Assembly: GCA_951406725.2 (NCBI GenBank)
Contig: OX597818.1
Span: 132,866,001 to 132,930,000, forward strand
Source of the DNA: Octopus vulgaris
Lineage: Eukaryota
Reading direction: 5' to 3'
DNA: 64,000 bases
Part shown: piece after piece, positions 12,501 to 26,399 of the stretch
How positions within the stretch are numbered: the first letter of the stretch is position 1
Layout: every line of letters begins with the position of its first letter
Position numbers and translations under genes: made by a program
The notes under the pieces: generated by a model
Database searches by the model: none
Told to the model about the DNA's origin: nothing
Seen by the model: the letters and a program-made list of their open reading frames with translations, nothing else

Positions 12501-12568
<68 letters not shown>
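12409..12568. repeat. (TAA)n switching to (ATT)n
   Basis: Orientation flips at ~12481. Confidence 0.95.
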
Positions 12569-12569
<1 letters not shown>

Positions 12570-12873
12570 TCTCTTTTACTCTCTTTTACTTGTTTAAGTC
12601 ATTTGACTGCGGCCATGCTGGAGCACCGCTTTTAATCGAGCAACTCGACCCCGGGACTTATTCTTTTGTAAGCCCAGTACTTATTCTATCGGCATCTTTT
12701 GCCGAACCGCTAAGTAACGGGGACATAAACACACCAGCATCGGTTGTCAAGCAATGCTAGGGTGACAAACACAGATACACAAACACACACACGCATATAT
12801 ATATATATACATATATACGACGAGCTTCTTTCAGTTTTCGTCTACCAAATCCACTCACAAGGCTTTGGTCGGT
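12570..12873 (-). mobile_element. SINE family B, 5'-truncated
   Basis: ctcttttacttgtttaagtcatttgactgcggccatgctggagcaccgc...cacaaggctttggtcgg. Confidence 0.9.
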
Positions 12874-13660
12874 TCCAAGCAGTGCTGTTTTCTGCAAGTG
12901 CTCCACCCTTATTGCAGCCCCTATTTGTTCCAGGTACTTCACAAGAATTTTACTCATTGTTCCCAGGGCTCCGACAATTATTGGTACTACTACTACCACC
13001 TTTTTCAGCGACAGCAACTACTCAACTTCCCAAGCTAACCTGTCGTATCTATCAACTTTTCTTTCTTCTTTATCGCTTATTGTTGTCAGCTGGGCATGCT
13101 ATATCTATAATCCAGCATCATTTGCTTTCTTTCTCAATTAACTCTGCCTGGTTTCCTATTCTCTATCTCATGGTCGCACTGAATCATAAAATCCCATAAG
13201 ATCTTTGCATTATCATTTTCGATGCCTTCGTGTTTATTTTCGTACCACGTTTTTGCTTTGTCAAGTCCATACTTGTTGCAAAGTGTGTAATTGACAATCC
13301 TTGCTATATTGTCATGACGTCTCATCTTCTTTCTGGGATGGTGGCGTACATTGACTGGTAATATGCCATACGGTTTCACCATTTTGTCCACAATTTCTGC
13401 ACTTATCACTTTCTGATGTGTTGTCTATTCTGTATTGTCTATTCTCCAATAATAGCGGTTCTGTGGCATTTTTTACATCCCATGCTATGCTGTTTTCTTC
13501 TGTTCTAATGCTTCCTCCTCTTTTTCTTGGTAAATACAGTCTGACTGTGTCACTTTTTGGATGGAGTATATCATACCTAGTCAGTAACTTCCTTGTCTTT
13601 CCGTCTATTGTCCATGCGATTACCCCTGCTCCATATCTAAGGAGTGAAACCGCCCAGGTG
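12874..13660 (-). mobile_element. R4/Dong-type LINE remnant (zinc knuckle and restriction-like endonuclease)
   Basis: NTWAVSLLRYGAG, HPKSDTVRLYLPRKRGG, CRNCGQNGETVWHITSQC, RHDNIA, KILWDFMIQCDHEIENRKP, VPIIVGALG, LQKTALLGT over frameshifted ORFs. Confidence 0.88.
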
Positions 13661-13958
13661 TTGGTGGTAGTGGTAGTGGTGGTGGTGTTAAGCACTGGAA
13701 TGTATTCATTTGACTAATTTGCGTTGATTAAATTGATCCCAAAACATTTCTGACAATTAATTAATGTCAACTTGAGCGGGATCGAAACTCAAAGTAATAA
13801 ACCTAACTAAACACCACAAAATATTTCCAACCAGTTTTTGAATGTTTGGTAACCATCTCGTTAATTTCGAATGTGAGACTTGGTATGTAAGAATAAGTGT
13901 TGCTTACAGAAGAATGGTACCCAATAACACAATAATGCTAATGTAGGTATACGAGATA

Positions 13959-14368
13959 GGCGTAGGAGTGGCTGTGTGGTAAGTAGCTTGCTAACCAACC
14001 ACATGGTTCCGGGTTCAGTCCCACTGCGTACCAACTTGGGCAAGTGTCTTCTTCTATAGCCTCGGGCCAACCAAAGCCTTGTGAGCGGATTTGATAGACG
14101 GAAACTCAAAGAAGCCCGTCGTATATATGTATATATATGTGTGTGTATATGTTTGTGTGTCTGTATTTGTCCCCCAACATCACTTGACAACCGATGCTGG
14201 TGTGTGTGTGTTACGTCACCGTAAATTAGCGGTTCGGCAAAAGAGAGACCGATAGAATAAGTACTGGGCTTACAAAGAATAAGTCCTGGGGTCGATTTGC
14301 TCGACTAAAGGCGGTGCTCCAGCATGGCCACAGTCAAATGACTGAAACAAGTAAAAAGAGTAAAGAGA
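13959..14368 (+). mobile_element. SINE family B, full length
   Basis: tRNA-like head ggcgtaggagtggctgtgtggtaag...gggttcagtccc, internal (TA)/(TG) tract, tail aaacaagtaaaaagagtaaagag. Confidence 0.92.
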
Positions 14369-15270
14369 TGACGCCCAAACAGTGTGAAGGATTAAGAGAT
14401 CGCCATTACTCGAGAAGTTAAAATATGTTAGCCTTGCTTCTCAAAATTAAGAGAGTTAAATATTTTAATCACACGCTGGTTTTTGTGACGTATTTATTAC
14501 CCCCCCCCCTCCCCCACCCCCATCCCGCTTCAATATCTTTGTCAATGCCTAAGGTTTGAAACTTCTATGATTTGGGTGCCATATCTTGACCTATGCGAAA
14601 GAGACAAAAAACTAACATTATTTCACGTATCCCTCTTGAGTTCTCCTAGAAAATAAATGTTGATTTATGAATGAATCAATGTCTTTCGTGTTAATTTTAA
14701 TATATTTTTTTCTAAAAAAATTGTTTTTCTTCAGAAATTTGCTTAACCTTTTTACCTTGTAGTTTAATGTGACGTAACAATTGAATGTTAGCATTTCCAT
14801 GGTAACAGAAAAATCGAGGAAATAATTGACGTTCAAGAAACAAGAGCAGTTTTTCTTTCTGTTAATGTGACACACGAAGGTAAGCGGAGATTTTGTTGTT
14901 TTTTTTTCTTTTCTCAAAATTGCACTGAATTTTCAGCGATAATAATTGAAATCTAAACTTCTATTACCTTAGTCAATGTCTTTTGCCTTTTCACCATTCA
15001 CTAACGATTCTTAGAGAGGGAGAGGAAGAGAGAGAGAGGGAGAGGGAGAGAGCTTTGCAATAAGTTAAAATAACAGTGTGTGTATGTGTGTGTGTGTATA
15101 CACACACATGCATACATACACACGCAGATATACATGCATACATACATGCATACATACATACATACATAACATACATACATACATACATACATACATACAT
15201 AACATACATACATACATACATACATACATACATACATACATACATACATACATACATACATACATACATA

Positions 15271-15375
15271 CCCAGTTGTTGATGTTGAAATTCCAATTAA
15301 GGAGCCCTGGATCTAGGTTAGAAACAGGCTCTTTCTTTATTGACAAGAAATCTTGAAATAAAACTGAACAATGAC
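15271..15375 (+). mobile_element. 3' end only of the (TACA)n-associated RLE LINE
   Basis: Near-identical to 57401-57508, which ends the LINE copy at 56903; embedded in (TACA)n. Confidence 0.75.
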
Positions 15376-15430
15376 ATACACATACATACATACATACATA
15401 CATACATACATACATACATACATACATACA

Positions 15431-15769
15431 TGGTGGCTGCCCCCTCGTTATCGAGTATGGCCATTGCACGAAACTTAATCAATGTTGTTATCGTGCAATG
15501 CCTGTGCAAGAAGATTTTTTTTTAAGTGAGGAAAGGCTGTGCACTGAGTCGATCTCACTCACTAAGCAACAGCAGCCATAATCCGAAAAGAAGAACAAGT
15601 CAACATCATCGGTAACCATTGATCCGCAGGTTTTATATTGGAGTTATCCCAGTTACCTGAGTTACCTTCTCCTAGAAGGATTCCCTAACAAAGGCTAGGA
15701 GTCCTTCACTCCCAATTGTTTAACCGCGCGATCGGGTATTCAGTCCGATTATTTCTATGTCCCCGCGCA
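15431..15769 (-). mobile_element. RTE-derived non-autonomous element with (TATG)n tail, 5'-truncated
   Basis: Closely matches 57598-57940; contains ctaggagaaggtaactc, resembling RTE 5' UTRs. Confidence 0.65.
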
Positions 15770-15815
15770 TGTACATACATACATACATACATACATACAT
15801 ACATACATACATACA

Positions 15816-16210
15816 CAGGAGTGGCTGTGTGGTAAGTAGCTTGCCTACCAACCACATGGTTCTGGGTTCAGTCCCACTGCGTGGCATCTTGGGCAAGTGT
15901 CTTCTGCTATAGCCGCGGGCCGACCAATATCTTGTGAGTGGATTTGGTAGAAACTGAAAGAAGCCTGTCGTATATATGTATATATATGTATGTATGTGTA
16001 TGTATATGTCTCTTTGTCCCTCTAGCATTGCTTGACAACCGATGCTGGTGTGTTTACGTCCCCGTCACATTAGCGGTTCGGCAAAAGAGACCGATAGAAT
16101 AAGTACTGGGCTTACAAAGAATAAGTCCCGGGATCGATTTGCTCGACTAAAGGCAGTGCTCCAGCATGGCCGCAGTCAAATGATTGAAACAAGTAAAAGA
16201 GTAAAAGAGA
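15816..16210 (+). mobile_element. SINE family B
   Basis: Head to tail match to 13959-14368. Confidence 0.92.
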
Positions 16211-16227
16211 GATACATACATACATAC

Positions 16228-17100
16228 TTTTGAAAGCTATGCGTTTGCAATCCAGGAAAGGGAGATTGTCACAAAGTACCTTGTGAACAAGAGATAGATA
16301 GTGACGCTTTTGTAATCCCAAAGTGCAGCTGCATGTGTAGGCTATGTTGTGTTTCTGTGGAAGAAATTACGCATGTGATTAGCAGCTGCCTTAAAAAGTC
16401 ATCACGGTAATACCTCCCTATGCGGCACGATGATGCTAAAACAATTTACAATGCCATCCGCAAAAAAGACTGTCCTGAAATTAACTTAGAAATTCCTTCT
16501 GTTATGGAATACATTCATAAATACCAACTCAAGGAATACTGGTGGAATATTCCCATCAAAACTTCTGTCAAATGTAAGCATAACAGGCCGGATATTGTTG
16601 TTTGGGACAAAGGGGCACAGGTATGTACCATTATAGAGTTTAGCTGCCCTGCAGCTATGTATGTATCTTCTTGAAAATCCAAGAAAAAGAGGATATTTAT
16701 GGACAACTACTTCGTAACCTCCAGCTTCTATATCCAGACTATGAATTCATATTCATACCAATAATAATTGGAGCACTAGGTTTTGTTAGTAAATGCTCAA
16801 AGAAGATTCTGGATAAATTGGGATTTTCAGAAAGAGAAATTGACCGGCTGACTCGTACATTAGAAGTCCAATCTGTGAATGGAACAGTAAAAATATGCAA
16901 GACTTTTCTCAAGTTCCAAATATGAATTTATCTGTGTTAATTTACAGCCCAAAGATGGAGCCTTGTATCTCTGTTGGAAACTTGCTCCCTTCTCAGTGGA
17001 AGATTTATAATAACTAACTGTACCCGTGAAAAATTTACGGAAAACAAAAAATGTAAGCATCTGTAAAAAGTGTACTGGTGCCATGAGAAATGTTTACATA
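16228..17100 (+). mobile_element. R4-like RLE LINE, 3' portion, degenerate
   Basis: FAIQEREIVTKYL, EEITHVISSC, MRHD, KHNRPDIVVWD...IIEFSCP (PD-(D/E)xK-type nuclease), IPIIIGALG; begins right after tacatacatac. Confidence 0.85.
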
Positions 17101-17104
17101 TTAT

Positions 17105-17250
17105 GACCGTCTGCCTTTACGTTCTGAGTCCAAATTCTGCCGAGGTCGACTTTAAATTTCGTCCTTTCGCGGTCGATAAATTAAGTACCAATTGTGTACT
17201 GAGGTCGATTTGATCAACTGGCCCCCTCCCCACGAAATGTTCAGGCCTAG
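17105..17250 (+). mobile_element. SINE family A, partial
   Basis: acgttctgagtccaaattctgccgaggtcgact...ggtcgataaattaagtacc. Confidence 0.8.
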
Positions 17251-17424
17251 AAAAGTATATTGTGACAGTTACAGAATATAGAAAGTAATGTAACATCAAT
17301 GACTATATACTTCAACCAAGAATCTCAGTTAAACGTAAACGGTGTTACTATTTAACCGTAAAATATATCGTACATATTCAAAGAACCTTGTTGGTTTAGT
17401 GGTACGGAACGTTTTTCTGGTATT

Positions 17425-17640
17425 CTTTTATTCTGTTACGTGTTTCAGTCATTTGACAGTGGCCATGCTGGAGCACCACCCTTTAGTCGAAGAAAGTGAC
17501 CCCCGGACTTATTCCCTGTAAGCCTGGTGCTTATTCTATCAGTCTCTTCTGATGAACAGCTAAATTACAGGGACGCAAACGCACCAACATCGGTTTTCAA
17601 GCAATGGTGGTGCTGGGACAAACACAGACACAAACACATA
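17425..17640 (-). mobile_element. SINE family B 3' part, diverged
   Basis: gtttcagtcatttgacagtggccatgctggagcacc. Confidence 0.85.
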
Positions 17641-17680
17641 CATACATAATACATACATACATACATACATAAGTACGTAC

Positions 17681-17862
<182 letters not shown>

Positions 17863-18069
17863 TATACACACACACACACAAAAATTCTGTAATTATGAGT
17901 ATAATTATAATTAGGGTTCAGCAAAATTTGCTTCACCACATACCGAAATTTAGAAATAGCAGTTAAAAAACTACTATTCCACTACTGTAAGATATGTCCC
18001 TGACAGCAATACTCAACAACTCATGCAGGTAAAGAGAAACAAATAACGAATCTACCTGGCTCTGATTAA

Positions 18070-18150
18070 CTGTATACGCGTTTCGGAGTTAGAGAGATGT
18101 GAAAAATGTAAACTCATATTTCTACTCACTCACTGTCCACATCAGTACGG
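18070..18150 (-). ncRNA. Degenerate hammerhead ribozyme motif
   Basis: Minus strand ccgta CTGATGT gga...tcc GAAA CGCG TA tacag; core A9 replaced by T, one stem I mismatch. Confidence 0.6.
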
Positions 18151-18371
18151 TAATTAAAATTTTAAATTTGAGAGCAGTGATAATTAACATACACATTTGA
18201 CCAAGCGACATCAAACAGCATATATCCTAAGACCAGTACTTCCGAATTCAAACAGACGAATGAGATATCGCATTCCTCCTCATTCAACCCACGTGTGCCA
18301 ACGAGTAAAATTCCGCAGAAACTGCAGTTTACAATCAGGGAGAGAATTATATTATCAATAATAATAAATAA

Positions 18372-18608
18372 TATATATTTCTTTACTACCCACAAGGGGC
18401 TAAACACAGAGGGGACAAACAAGGACAGACAAAGGGATTAAGTCGACTACATCGACCCCAGTGCGTATCTGGTACTTAATTTATCGACCCCGAAAGGATG
18501 AAAGGCAAAGTCGACCTCGGCGGAATTTGAACTCGGAACATAACGACAGACGAAATACGGCTACGAATTTCGCCCGGCGTGCTAACGTTTCTACCAGCTC
18601 GCTCGCCT
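18372..18608 (-). mobile_element. SINE family A
   Basis: Full reverse-complement match; head-to-head with SINE B at 18624. Confidence 0.92.
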
Positions 18609-18623
18609 ATAATAAATAATATA

Positions 18624-18794
18624 GGCGCAGGAGTTGCTGTGTGGTAAGTAGCTTGTTTACCAGCCACGTGGTTCCGGGTTCAGTCCCACTGCGTGGCAAC
18701 TTGGGCAAGTGTCTTCTACTATAGCCTCGGGCCAACCAAAGCCTTGTGAGTGGATTTGGTAGACGGAAACTGAAAGAAGCCCGTCGTATATATG

Positions 18795-18828
<34 letters not shown>

Positions 18829-19043
18829 CGTGTATGTTTGTGTGTCTGTGTTTGTCCCCCTAGCATTGCTTGACAACCGATGCTGGTGTGTTTATGTCCC
18901 CGTTACATAGCGGTTCGGCAAAAGAGTCCGATGGAATAAGTACTGGGCTTGCAAAGAATAAGTCCCGGGGTCGAGTTGCTCGATTAAAGGCGGTGCTCCA
19001 GCATGGCCGCAGTCAAAATGACTGAAACAAGGAAAAAGAAAAA
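18624..19043 (+). mobile_element. SINE family B, full length
   Basis: ggcgcaggagttgctgtgtggtaag to actgaaacaag plus A-rich tail. Confidence 0.92.
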
Positions 19044-19925
19044 AAAAGAAAGAAAAGAAAAAGAATATTTATTATTATTGTGTCACTCTGCTCTCCTGTT
19101 TTTGATTAGACAATGTGTATATGTATCTATATATCTACTTGCGATGTGATAAAGATTTAAAAACACAAACCGAACGCCTTCACCACTCACTATCTCTTTC
19201 ACTCTCTCTCTCACTCTCTTTCTCTCTCACTCTCATTTCCTCTCTCTTTTTTCTGTTACTTCCTCTCTCTCACCTTGCCACACCAAAGAAGTGTGACGTA
19301 CACAACAGGTACGTGAAAAAACAAAAAGTTAGCGTATTGATAAAAAATAGGAAAGATATACATATTGTCCTGGGTATGATAATCTGCATCCGCTAATGAG
19401 ACATCAACTCAGGAGTCTGAGGAAGTATGAATACTACTCCTTTAGTCACCATTACTGCCAGGTCCGCTTTGGCACGGCGTGGTAGTACCTGACAAGGGCC
19501 CAGGTTATGGGTCAAATATCAAAATGTTCCTATGGCTGAGGTATTCAGAACTCGAAGGGATGGTCTTTTGGCATCTGTCAAACAGTTCTACCAGTTTGCT
19601 GACGTACTCTGATGTCTCGTGAACCATGCCCTCTGCCTAATATTTAAACAGGTTCTCTATACGACATGGATAAGCTTTGGAGAGCAGGAGACTAGCAGAA
19701 TGAACTGTAAATAAACCATTGGTATCTTTCATAAGGAAAAAAATCGTGTATCTTCTGATTTTGGTATAGAGATCATGGAGAGAGGGGTGAGAGGGAGGGA
19801 GGGAGAGAGAGCGGGGGATAAGGGAAAATTATAAATGGTCATATTCACATGCTCCCATACGATATCAGTTGCACAAGGCCAGCACTTTCGGAGAGGGAGT
19901 AAGTCGATAATATTGAGCCAAGTGG

Positions 19926-20156
19926 CGGCGAGCTGGTAGAAACGTTAGCACGCCGGGCGAAATTCGTAGCCGTATTTCGTCTGTCGTTACGTTGCGAGTT
20001 CAAATTCCGCCGAGGTCGACTTTGCCTTTCATCCTTTCGGGGTCGATAAATTAAGTACCAGTTACGCACTGGGGTCAATGTAATCGACTTAAGCCCTTTG
20101 TCTGTCCTTGTTTGTCCCCTCTGTGTTTAGCCCCTTGTGGGTAGTAAAGAAATAAA
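19926..20156 (+). mobile_element. SINE family A inserted into an older minus-strand family A copy (~19860-20295)
   Basis: 12 bp TSD tgagccaagtgg at 19914-19925 and 20157-20168. Confidence 0.9.
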
Positions 20157-20699
20157 TGAGCCAAGTGGTACTTATTTTATCGACCCCGAAATGATAAAAG
20201 GCAAAGTCGACATCGGCTGAATTTGAATTCAGAACATAAAGACGGATGCTAAGTATGTTGCCCGGATTGCTGACGATTATACAAGTTCGCCGCCTTATAT
20301 GTGTATGCGATATTACGTTTCTGTCATCACTCCCGCTTATAATAATATTAATAAAGGTTTATAAGTAAGACACAACGTTTATAAGTAAGGCACAGAATAA
20401 GAAAATTATGCTTGGTTGATACTTGGGTTTACTGACTTCGAAAGAATAAAATACATTAAACGTAAGCTGACGTATCTAAATAACAGAAAACAATTAGATC
20501 TCTGATTCTGCCGTTTCTGCCATTCCCAGTCCACCATGAAATAACGATTTCTAACATATACACAAGACCAAGGAAACCTTGGTACTTGTCTGAAAGTGAG
20601 TTTATCTCTCCAGCTCGGAGAGGTAAAACAAAAAAGAAGCAGAACGTAAAGAGTAATTAAATTCTATAAAGTACTTTATCTGACCGCTTTGCTAAAAGA

Positions 20700-21130
20700 A
20701 AAAAAAAGTATGCCAAGGCAATCTGGGAATTAAAAAATAGTAATATCAAGTTAGATATAGAGGCAGATATAAGAAACAGACCAAAGACAGGATTACAAAA
20801 TCTTATGGATTGATGAACTAGACAGTATACAAATATACAAATGGAGATAGGTTAAGACGGAGTATTATAGAATATCATAGACGCATTAACTTAATCCCTG
20901 AAACTAAGCTAAATAAAAAAAGAAAGGTATTAACTTAGCGGTTTCAGTAAATGAGTTATAGTTATAATATTCTCGACTAGAAGTTAAGTGGATTAACAGG
21001 ACAGAATAGGAAAAAGGCAGCATTTAGAATGTACTGCACAAAGCCGATACGGAATGATTATCTTTGTAAAGAATACACACTGCTAAGAATCTTCTGCATC
21101 AAGAAAACTGTTATTAAATATTTACTGTAT
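20700..21130 (+). mobile_element. Very old LINE reverse-transcriptase remnant
   Basis: Faint motifs in broken frames: AIWE, WIDEL, YHRRINLIP (like YRPITL). Confidence 0.3.
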
Positions 21131-21157
21131 TCTAAAAAGTATCCAGGAAGCTAGATA

Positions 21158-21605
21158 TACTCTTTTACTCTTTTACTTGTTTCAGTCATTTGACTGCGGC
21201 CATGCTGGAGCACCGCCTTTAATCGAGCAACTCGACCCCGGGACTTATTCTTTTGTAAGCCCAGTACTTATACTATCGGTCTCTCTTTTGCCGAACCGCT
21301 AAGTTTACTCTTTTTACTCTTTTACTTGTTTCAGTCATTTGACTGCGGCCATGCTGGAGCACCGCCTTTAATCGAGCAACTCGACCCCGGGACTTATTCT
21401 TTTGTAAGCCCAGTACTTATTCTATCGGTCTCTTTTGCCGAACCGCTAAGTAACGGGGACATAAACACACCAGCATCGGTTGTCAAGCAATGCTAGGGGG
21501 ACAAACACAGACACACACGCATATATATATATACATATATATACATATATACGACGAGCTTCTATCAGTTTTCGTCTACCAAATCCACTCACAAGGCTTT
21601 GGTCA
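21158..21605 (-). mobile_element. SINE family B with a tandem duplication of its 3' ~145 bp
   Basis: 21158-21304 repeats at 21317-21451. Confidence 0.9.
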
Positions 21606-22049
21606 AGCTCTCAAAAGTAACTAGAAGAGATGAACCCGGTTTTTCGTTTTCAGGCTGACCAACGTCGTCGTTTATTACACCTTTTTCAAGAATCTCGTTT
21701 CTTCTTTTCTTTTCTCATTTGTTATGCTGCTGTTTCTGATGATCGCGTGACCTTTACCTGAAACGGACGTTCACACAAGCTAGAGTTGATTTTTGGTATA
21801 CGAATGGATCTTTGGTATACGAAATAGTCTACAGGATATTAATTCAGTCAAATTTCTTTCAAATCACATGCAACTATCTTTTTTTTTTTTGAAAAAAAAA
21901 AGAAAAGGATTATATGTGTGAAAAGAAACATGGAATGCCCACGGCTGGAATACCTTTGATCATAAGATGGTTTCAATCTGGTCTGACTACAGCATAAATA
22001 TCGGTAGCAAGTAATAACAAAGTAGCACTTGCTGTTGCCGTAGTGGTGA

Positions 22050-22115
<66 letters not shown>

Positions 22116-22225
22116 ATAATATCAAAACAGTGAATATGAAATTAAAGGTGTCACAAAATGATGACGATAATGGTGGTGGCGGCGGCGGTGGTGGTGATGA
22201 TGATGATGATGATGATGACGATGAC

Positions 22226-22279
<54 letters not shown>

Positions 22280-22388
22280 ACTAAGTATGCTTTCAGAGTA
22301 CACTCCGATTGATAAGCAAGTTTTAGCTTCCGAAAAAAAATTTTTAGCCCATAAAACAAACTTTTTAGATACATTTTTGAAATTTGAG

Positions 22389-22680
22389 ATACGATGTTTG
22401 TCCACAAAAACCAAAAAGAAACCGAACGCTAAGAAGGAAAATTTGCTTTGATAACAACTTGACTAGACTTGTTTCATTTAAAACAGTTCCCTCCGTTGTC
22501 CATACATTGTTCCCACCCCTGAAGTGGTGACTTTCCAGGTAGATTTCAAATTTAGGTATTAAAGGAAAAGAGCGAAAGGTAAAAATTCGGTGAGTAGAGT
22601 GACTCAGGGTTAAGAAATGTCTTGTGTTATGATCCCAAAACGTTACAAATAAGCGGTAATTTACGTGTTGGGCATGTACC
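22389..22680 (-). mobile_element. Mariner-like transposon 3' end remnant
   Basis: TA-cgatgtttgtccac resembles a mariner terminal repeat; minus frame gives LYSPNF and GWEQCMDNGGNCF (like WEKCI..GGxYFE). Confidence 0.5.
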
Positions 22681-22683
22681 TAG

Positions 22684-23070
22684 TGGGAAGCACTCCGTCG
22701 GTTACGACGACCAGGGTTCCGGTTGATCCGAATCAACGGAACAGCCTGCTCGTGAAATTAACGTGTAAGTGGCTGAGCACTCCACAGACACGTGTACCCT
22801 TAACGTAGTTCTCGGGGATATTCAGCGTGACACAGAGAGTGACAAGGCCGGCCCCTTGAAATACAGGTACAACAGAAACAGGAAGTAAGAGTGAGAGAAA
22901 GTTGTGGTGAAAGAGTACAGCAGGGATCACCACCATCCCCTGCCGGAGCCTCGTGGAGCTTTTAGGTGTTTTCGCTCAATAAACACTCACAACGCCCAGT
23001 CTGGGAATCGAAACCGCGATCCTACGACCGCGAGTCCGCTGCCCTAACCACTGGGCCATTGCGCCTCCAC
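22684..23070 (-). mobile_element. SINE family C, full length
   Basis: 11 bp TSD catgtacctag at 22673-22683 and 23071-23081; tRNA-like head at the right end. Confidence 0.93.
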
Positions 23071-23227
23071 CATGTACCTAGGAGTATACCGTTAAAGCAC
23101 GTTCACTACCTATGGCTACCTCGTGTCATCCACGCTAATTGCACAATCGTTGCTGCATCTACATCAGGTGCTCCTCAGTGTACGCTGAGTATCATAGAAT
23201 ATTCCATTTTCCGTCTCTGTTATCTCT

Positions 23228-23292
<65 letters not shown>

Positions 23293-23546
23293 CAATCCAC
23301 TGACGTAGTCTGTTTGCTCCGGACCATGTGAGTAGACGGACCTATCGAAAAAAGAATGCAGATGTGCCAACCTCCATATTCATTATAATTATCTTGCGTA
23401 TACACTCAGTAAAATATTTATCATCCAGCAAATATATGTGTGTGAGTATGTATGTGTATGTGTGTGTGCATACACGTAAATATGTATGTGTATACACACA
23501 TACACACACGCACGTATAAGACAATTGCAACGAATACGGAGATTAG

Positions 23547-23956
23547 TACTCTTTACTCTTTTACTCTTTTACTTGTTTCAGTCATTTGACTGCGGCCATG
23601 CTGGAGCACCGCCTTTAGTCGAGCAAATCGACCCCGGGATTTATTCTTCGTAAGCCCAGTACTTATTCTATCGGTCTCTTTTGCCGAACCGCTAAGTGAC
23701 GGGGACGTAAACACACCAGCATCGGTTGTCAAGCAATGCTAGGGGGACAAACACAGACACACAAACACACACACACATATATATACATATATACGACAGG
23801 CTTCTTTCAGTTTCCGTCTACCAAATCCACTCACAAGGCATTGGTCGGCCCGGGGCTATAGCAGAAGACACTTGCCCAAGATGCCACGCAGTGGGACTGA
23901 ACCCGGAACCATGTGGTTGGTTAGCAAGCTACTTACCACACAGCCACTCCTGCGCC
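23547..23956 (-). mobile_element. SINE family B, full length
   Basis: Full reverse-complement match. Confidence 0.92.
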
Positions 23957-24342
23957 TGCATTTAAAAAAAAGTACGTCTGCATTAAAAAAAAATTCTACT
24001 ATCAATCGTTCAGTATATTTGATTTAAATGTGTCCAACTCACGTTTCTGCTGCACAAACATCTCCCAATTGCATTTGCATCTAGTTACTTTCGACTGGTT
24101 ATTAGTCTATGCAACTTTATTCAAGGTCCATCCATTGACGAAGTCTGATCGCTCCAGACCATATCAGTAGATGTACCTATAGAAAAAAATATGCTAACCT
24201 CCATATTCATAATAATTGTTTTGCATATACACTTTGTAAAATACTTATAATCCTGCAAAGCGGATCCAGGATTTAACCATGGGATCAAACAGACTGTGAT
24301 CGCTCGCCTCAACTAATCGTAGATACTTCTTACCATTCGATG

Positions 24343-24735
24343 GAGGCGCAATGGCCCAGTGGTTAGGGCAGCGGACTCGCGGTCGTAGGATCGCGGTTTC
24401 GATTCCCAGACTGGGCGTTGTGAGTGTTTATTGAGCGAAAACACCTAAAGCTCCACGAGGCTCCGGCAGGGGATGGTGGTGATCCCTGCTGTACTCTTTC
24501 ACCACAACTTTCTCTCACTCTTACTTCCTGTTTCTCTTGTACCTGTATTTCAAAGGGCCGGCCTTGTCACTCTCTGTGTCACGCTGAATATCCCCGAGAA
24601 CTATGTTAAGGGTACACGTGTCTGTGGAGTGCTCAGCCACTTAGACGTTAATTTCACGAGCAGGCTGTTCCGTTGATCGGATCAACGGGAACCATCGTCG
24701 TCGTAACCGACGGAGTGCTTCCATCCATCCATCCA
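24343..24735 (+). mobile_element. SINE family C, full length
   Basis: 13 bp TSD ttaccattcgatg at 24330-24342 and 24736-24748; (CCAT)n tail. Confidence 0.93.
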
Positions 24736-25058
24736 TTACCATTCGATGCAGTTAGTCATAACCTGGATTATTATTGAGTGCTCAAACGGTACCTTCCTGA
24801 ATAATTTATCTTCGTGTATTCGTTTTATATATACGCGTGTGTGTGTGTATGTGTGAGATAGTCTTCCTTTTCTTGAAATCGAATGATAGTTGTAAACCAG
24901 CATCAACATCGTCCCTCCTTTACAACCTTCTATAAAAACACACAGAAATATATTGCTTGGAAACATGTAAGGATTGGCAACATGAAGGCCATCCAACCAT
25001 ATAAAATTTGCTTCGAAGAATTTATATGCAAAGTTGCAAAACGTAAATGTTAAAATAC

Positions 25059-25407
<349 letters not shown>

Positions 25408-25585
25408 TCTTCTTGCACCTACAGAGTATCTGTCAAGACCTACCAAAAACTGAGCAGATATTAAAGATATATATATATAACTGTTTTAAATTAAACAAAT
25501 CTAGTCAAGTTGTTATCAAAGCAAATTTTCCTTCTTAGCGTTCGGTTTCTTTTTGATTTTTGTGGACAAACATCGTATCTCAAAC

Positions 25586-25627
<42 letters not shown>

Positions 25628-26399
25628 TTCCGTTATTGATTACCACACGTACATAAACACACATGTATGTATGTATGTATGTATTTATGTAAGTATGTAT
25701 GTATGTATGTATGTATGTATGTATGTATGTATGTATGTACGTACGTACGTACGTACGTATGTATGGATGGATGGATGGATGGATGTATACAGAGAGAGAG
25801 ACGGAGACGGAGGGAGAAGGAGATAGAGCGAGAGAGTAAGAGGCAACGAAGAAGCTACTATATCCTTTAGATAAAATTAATGTTGTGCTCATATATATTT
25901 GCAATAGTTACTGGTGTTACATTTATTTATATTTCCGCTAATTTTACTGTATAACAAATGTTAATTTGTATTTGAACTAAGGAATGAAAAAGTGTGTAAG
26001 GAAATAAGTAAACAAACAAATAAATAAATAAATAAATAAATAAAATAAATAAATAAATAAATGCATAGATCCAAATGAACAATCAACCTAATTTAGTTTT
26101 CGTACAAATGATTAGTCAGAAAATATTTTAATAAAAAGCAACACTGGTAATGTCATTAACATGTAATATGAAAACTATAAATTACTTTATATACCTTATT
26201 TATACTACATAAATGAAAAAAAAAAAGAAATATGTTTCTGTATTAGCAAGCAACATTTGGTAAAATTACATTATCGCGAAATGTAATATCATTTAACAAG
26301 AAACATGAAAAAGATAATTGAAATGTAGGGAAATAACGATAAATAAACTATTAAACAGTAAAATGAGCCAAGGAAATTGCTCAAGTGAGTCAATGATAT

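Noticed and set aside
13861-14190. Recurring ORF RRASLSFRLPNPLTRLW...GTEPGTMWLV seen at several loci, resembling a gene family
   Set aside because: Antisense translation of SINE family B
19250-19315. Possible plus-strand exon ending CAG|GTACGT at ~19308
   Set aside because: Isolated donor-like site with no ORF or partner exon
21730-21782. CTGATGA...GAAACGGACGTT hammerhead-like string
   Set aside because: Stem II and stem I do not pair convincingly
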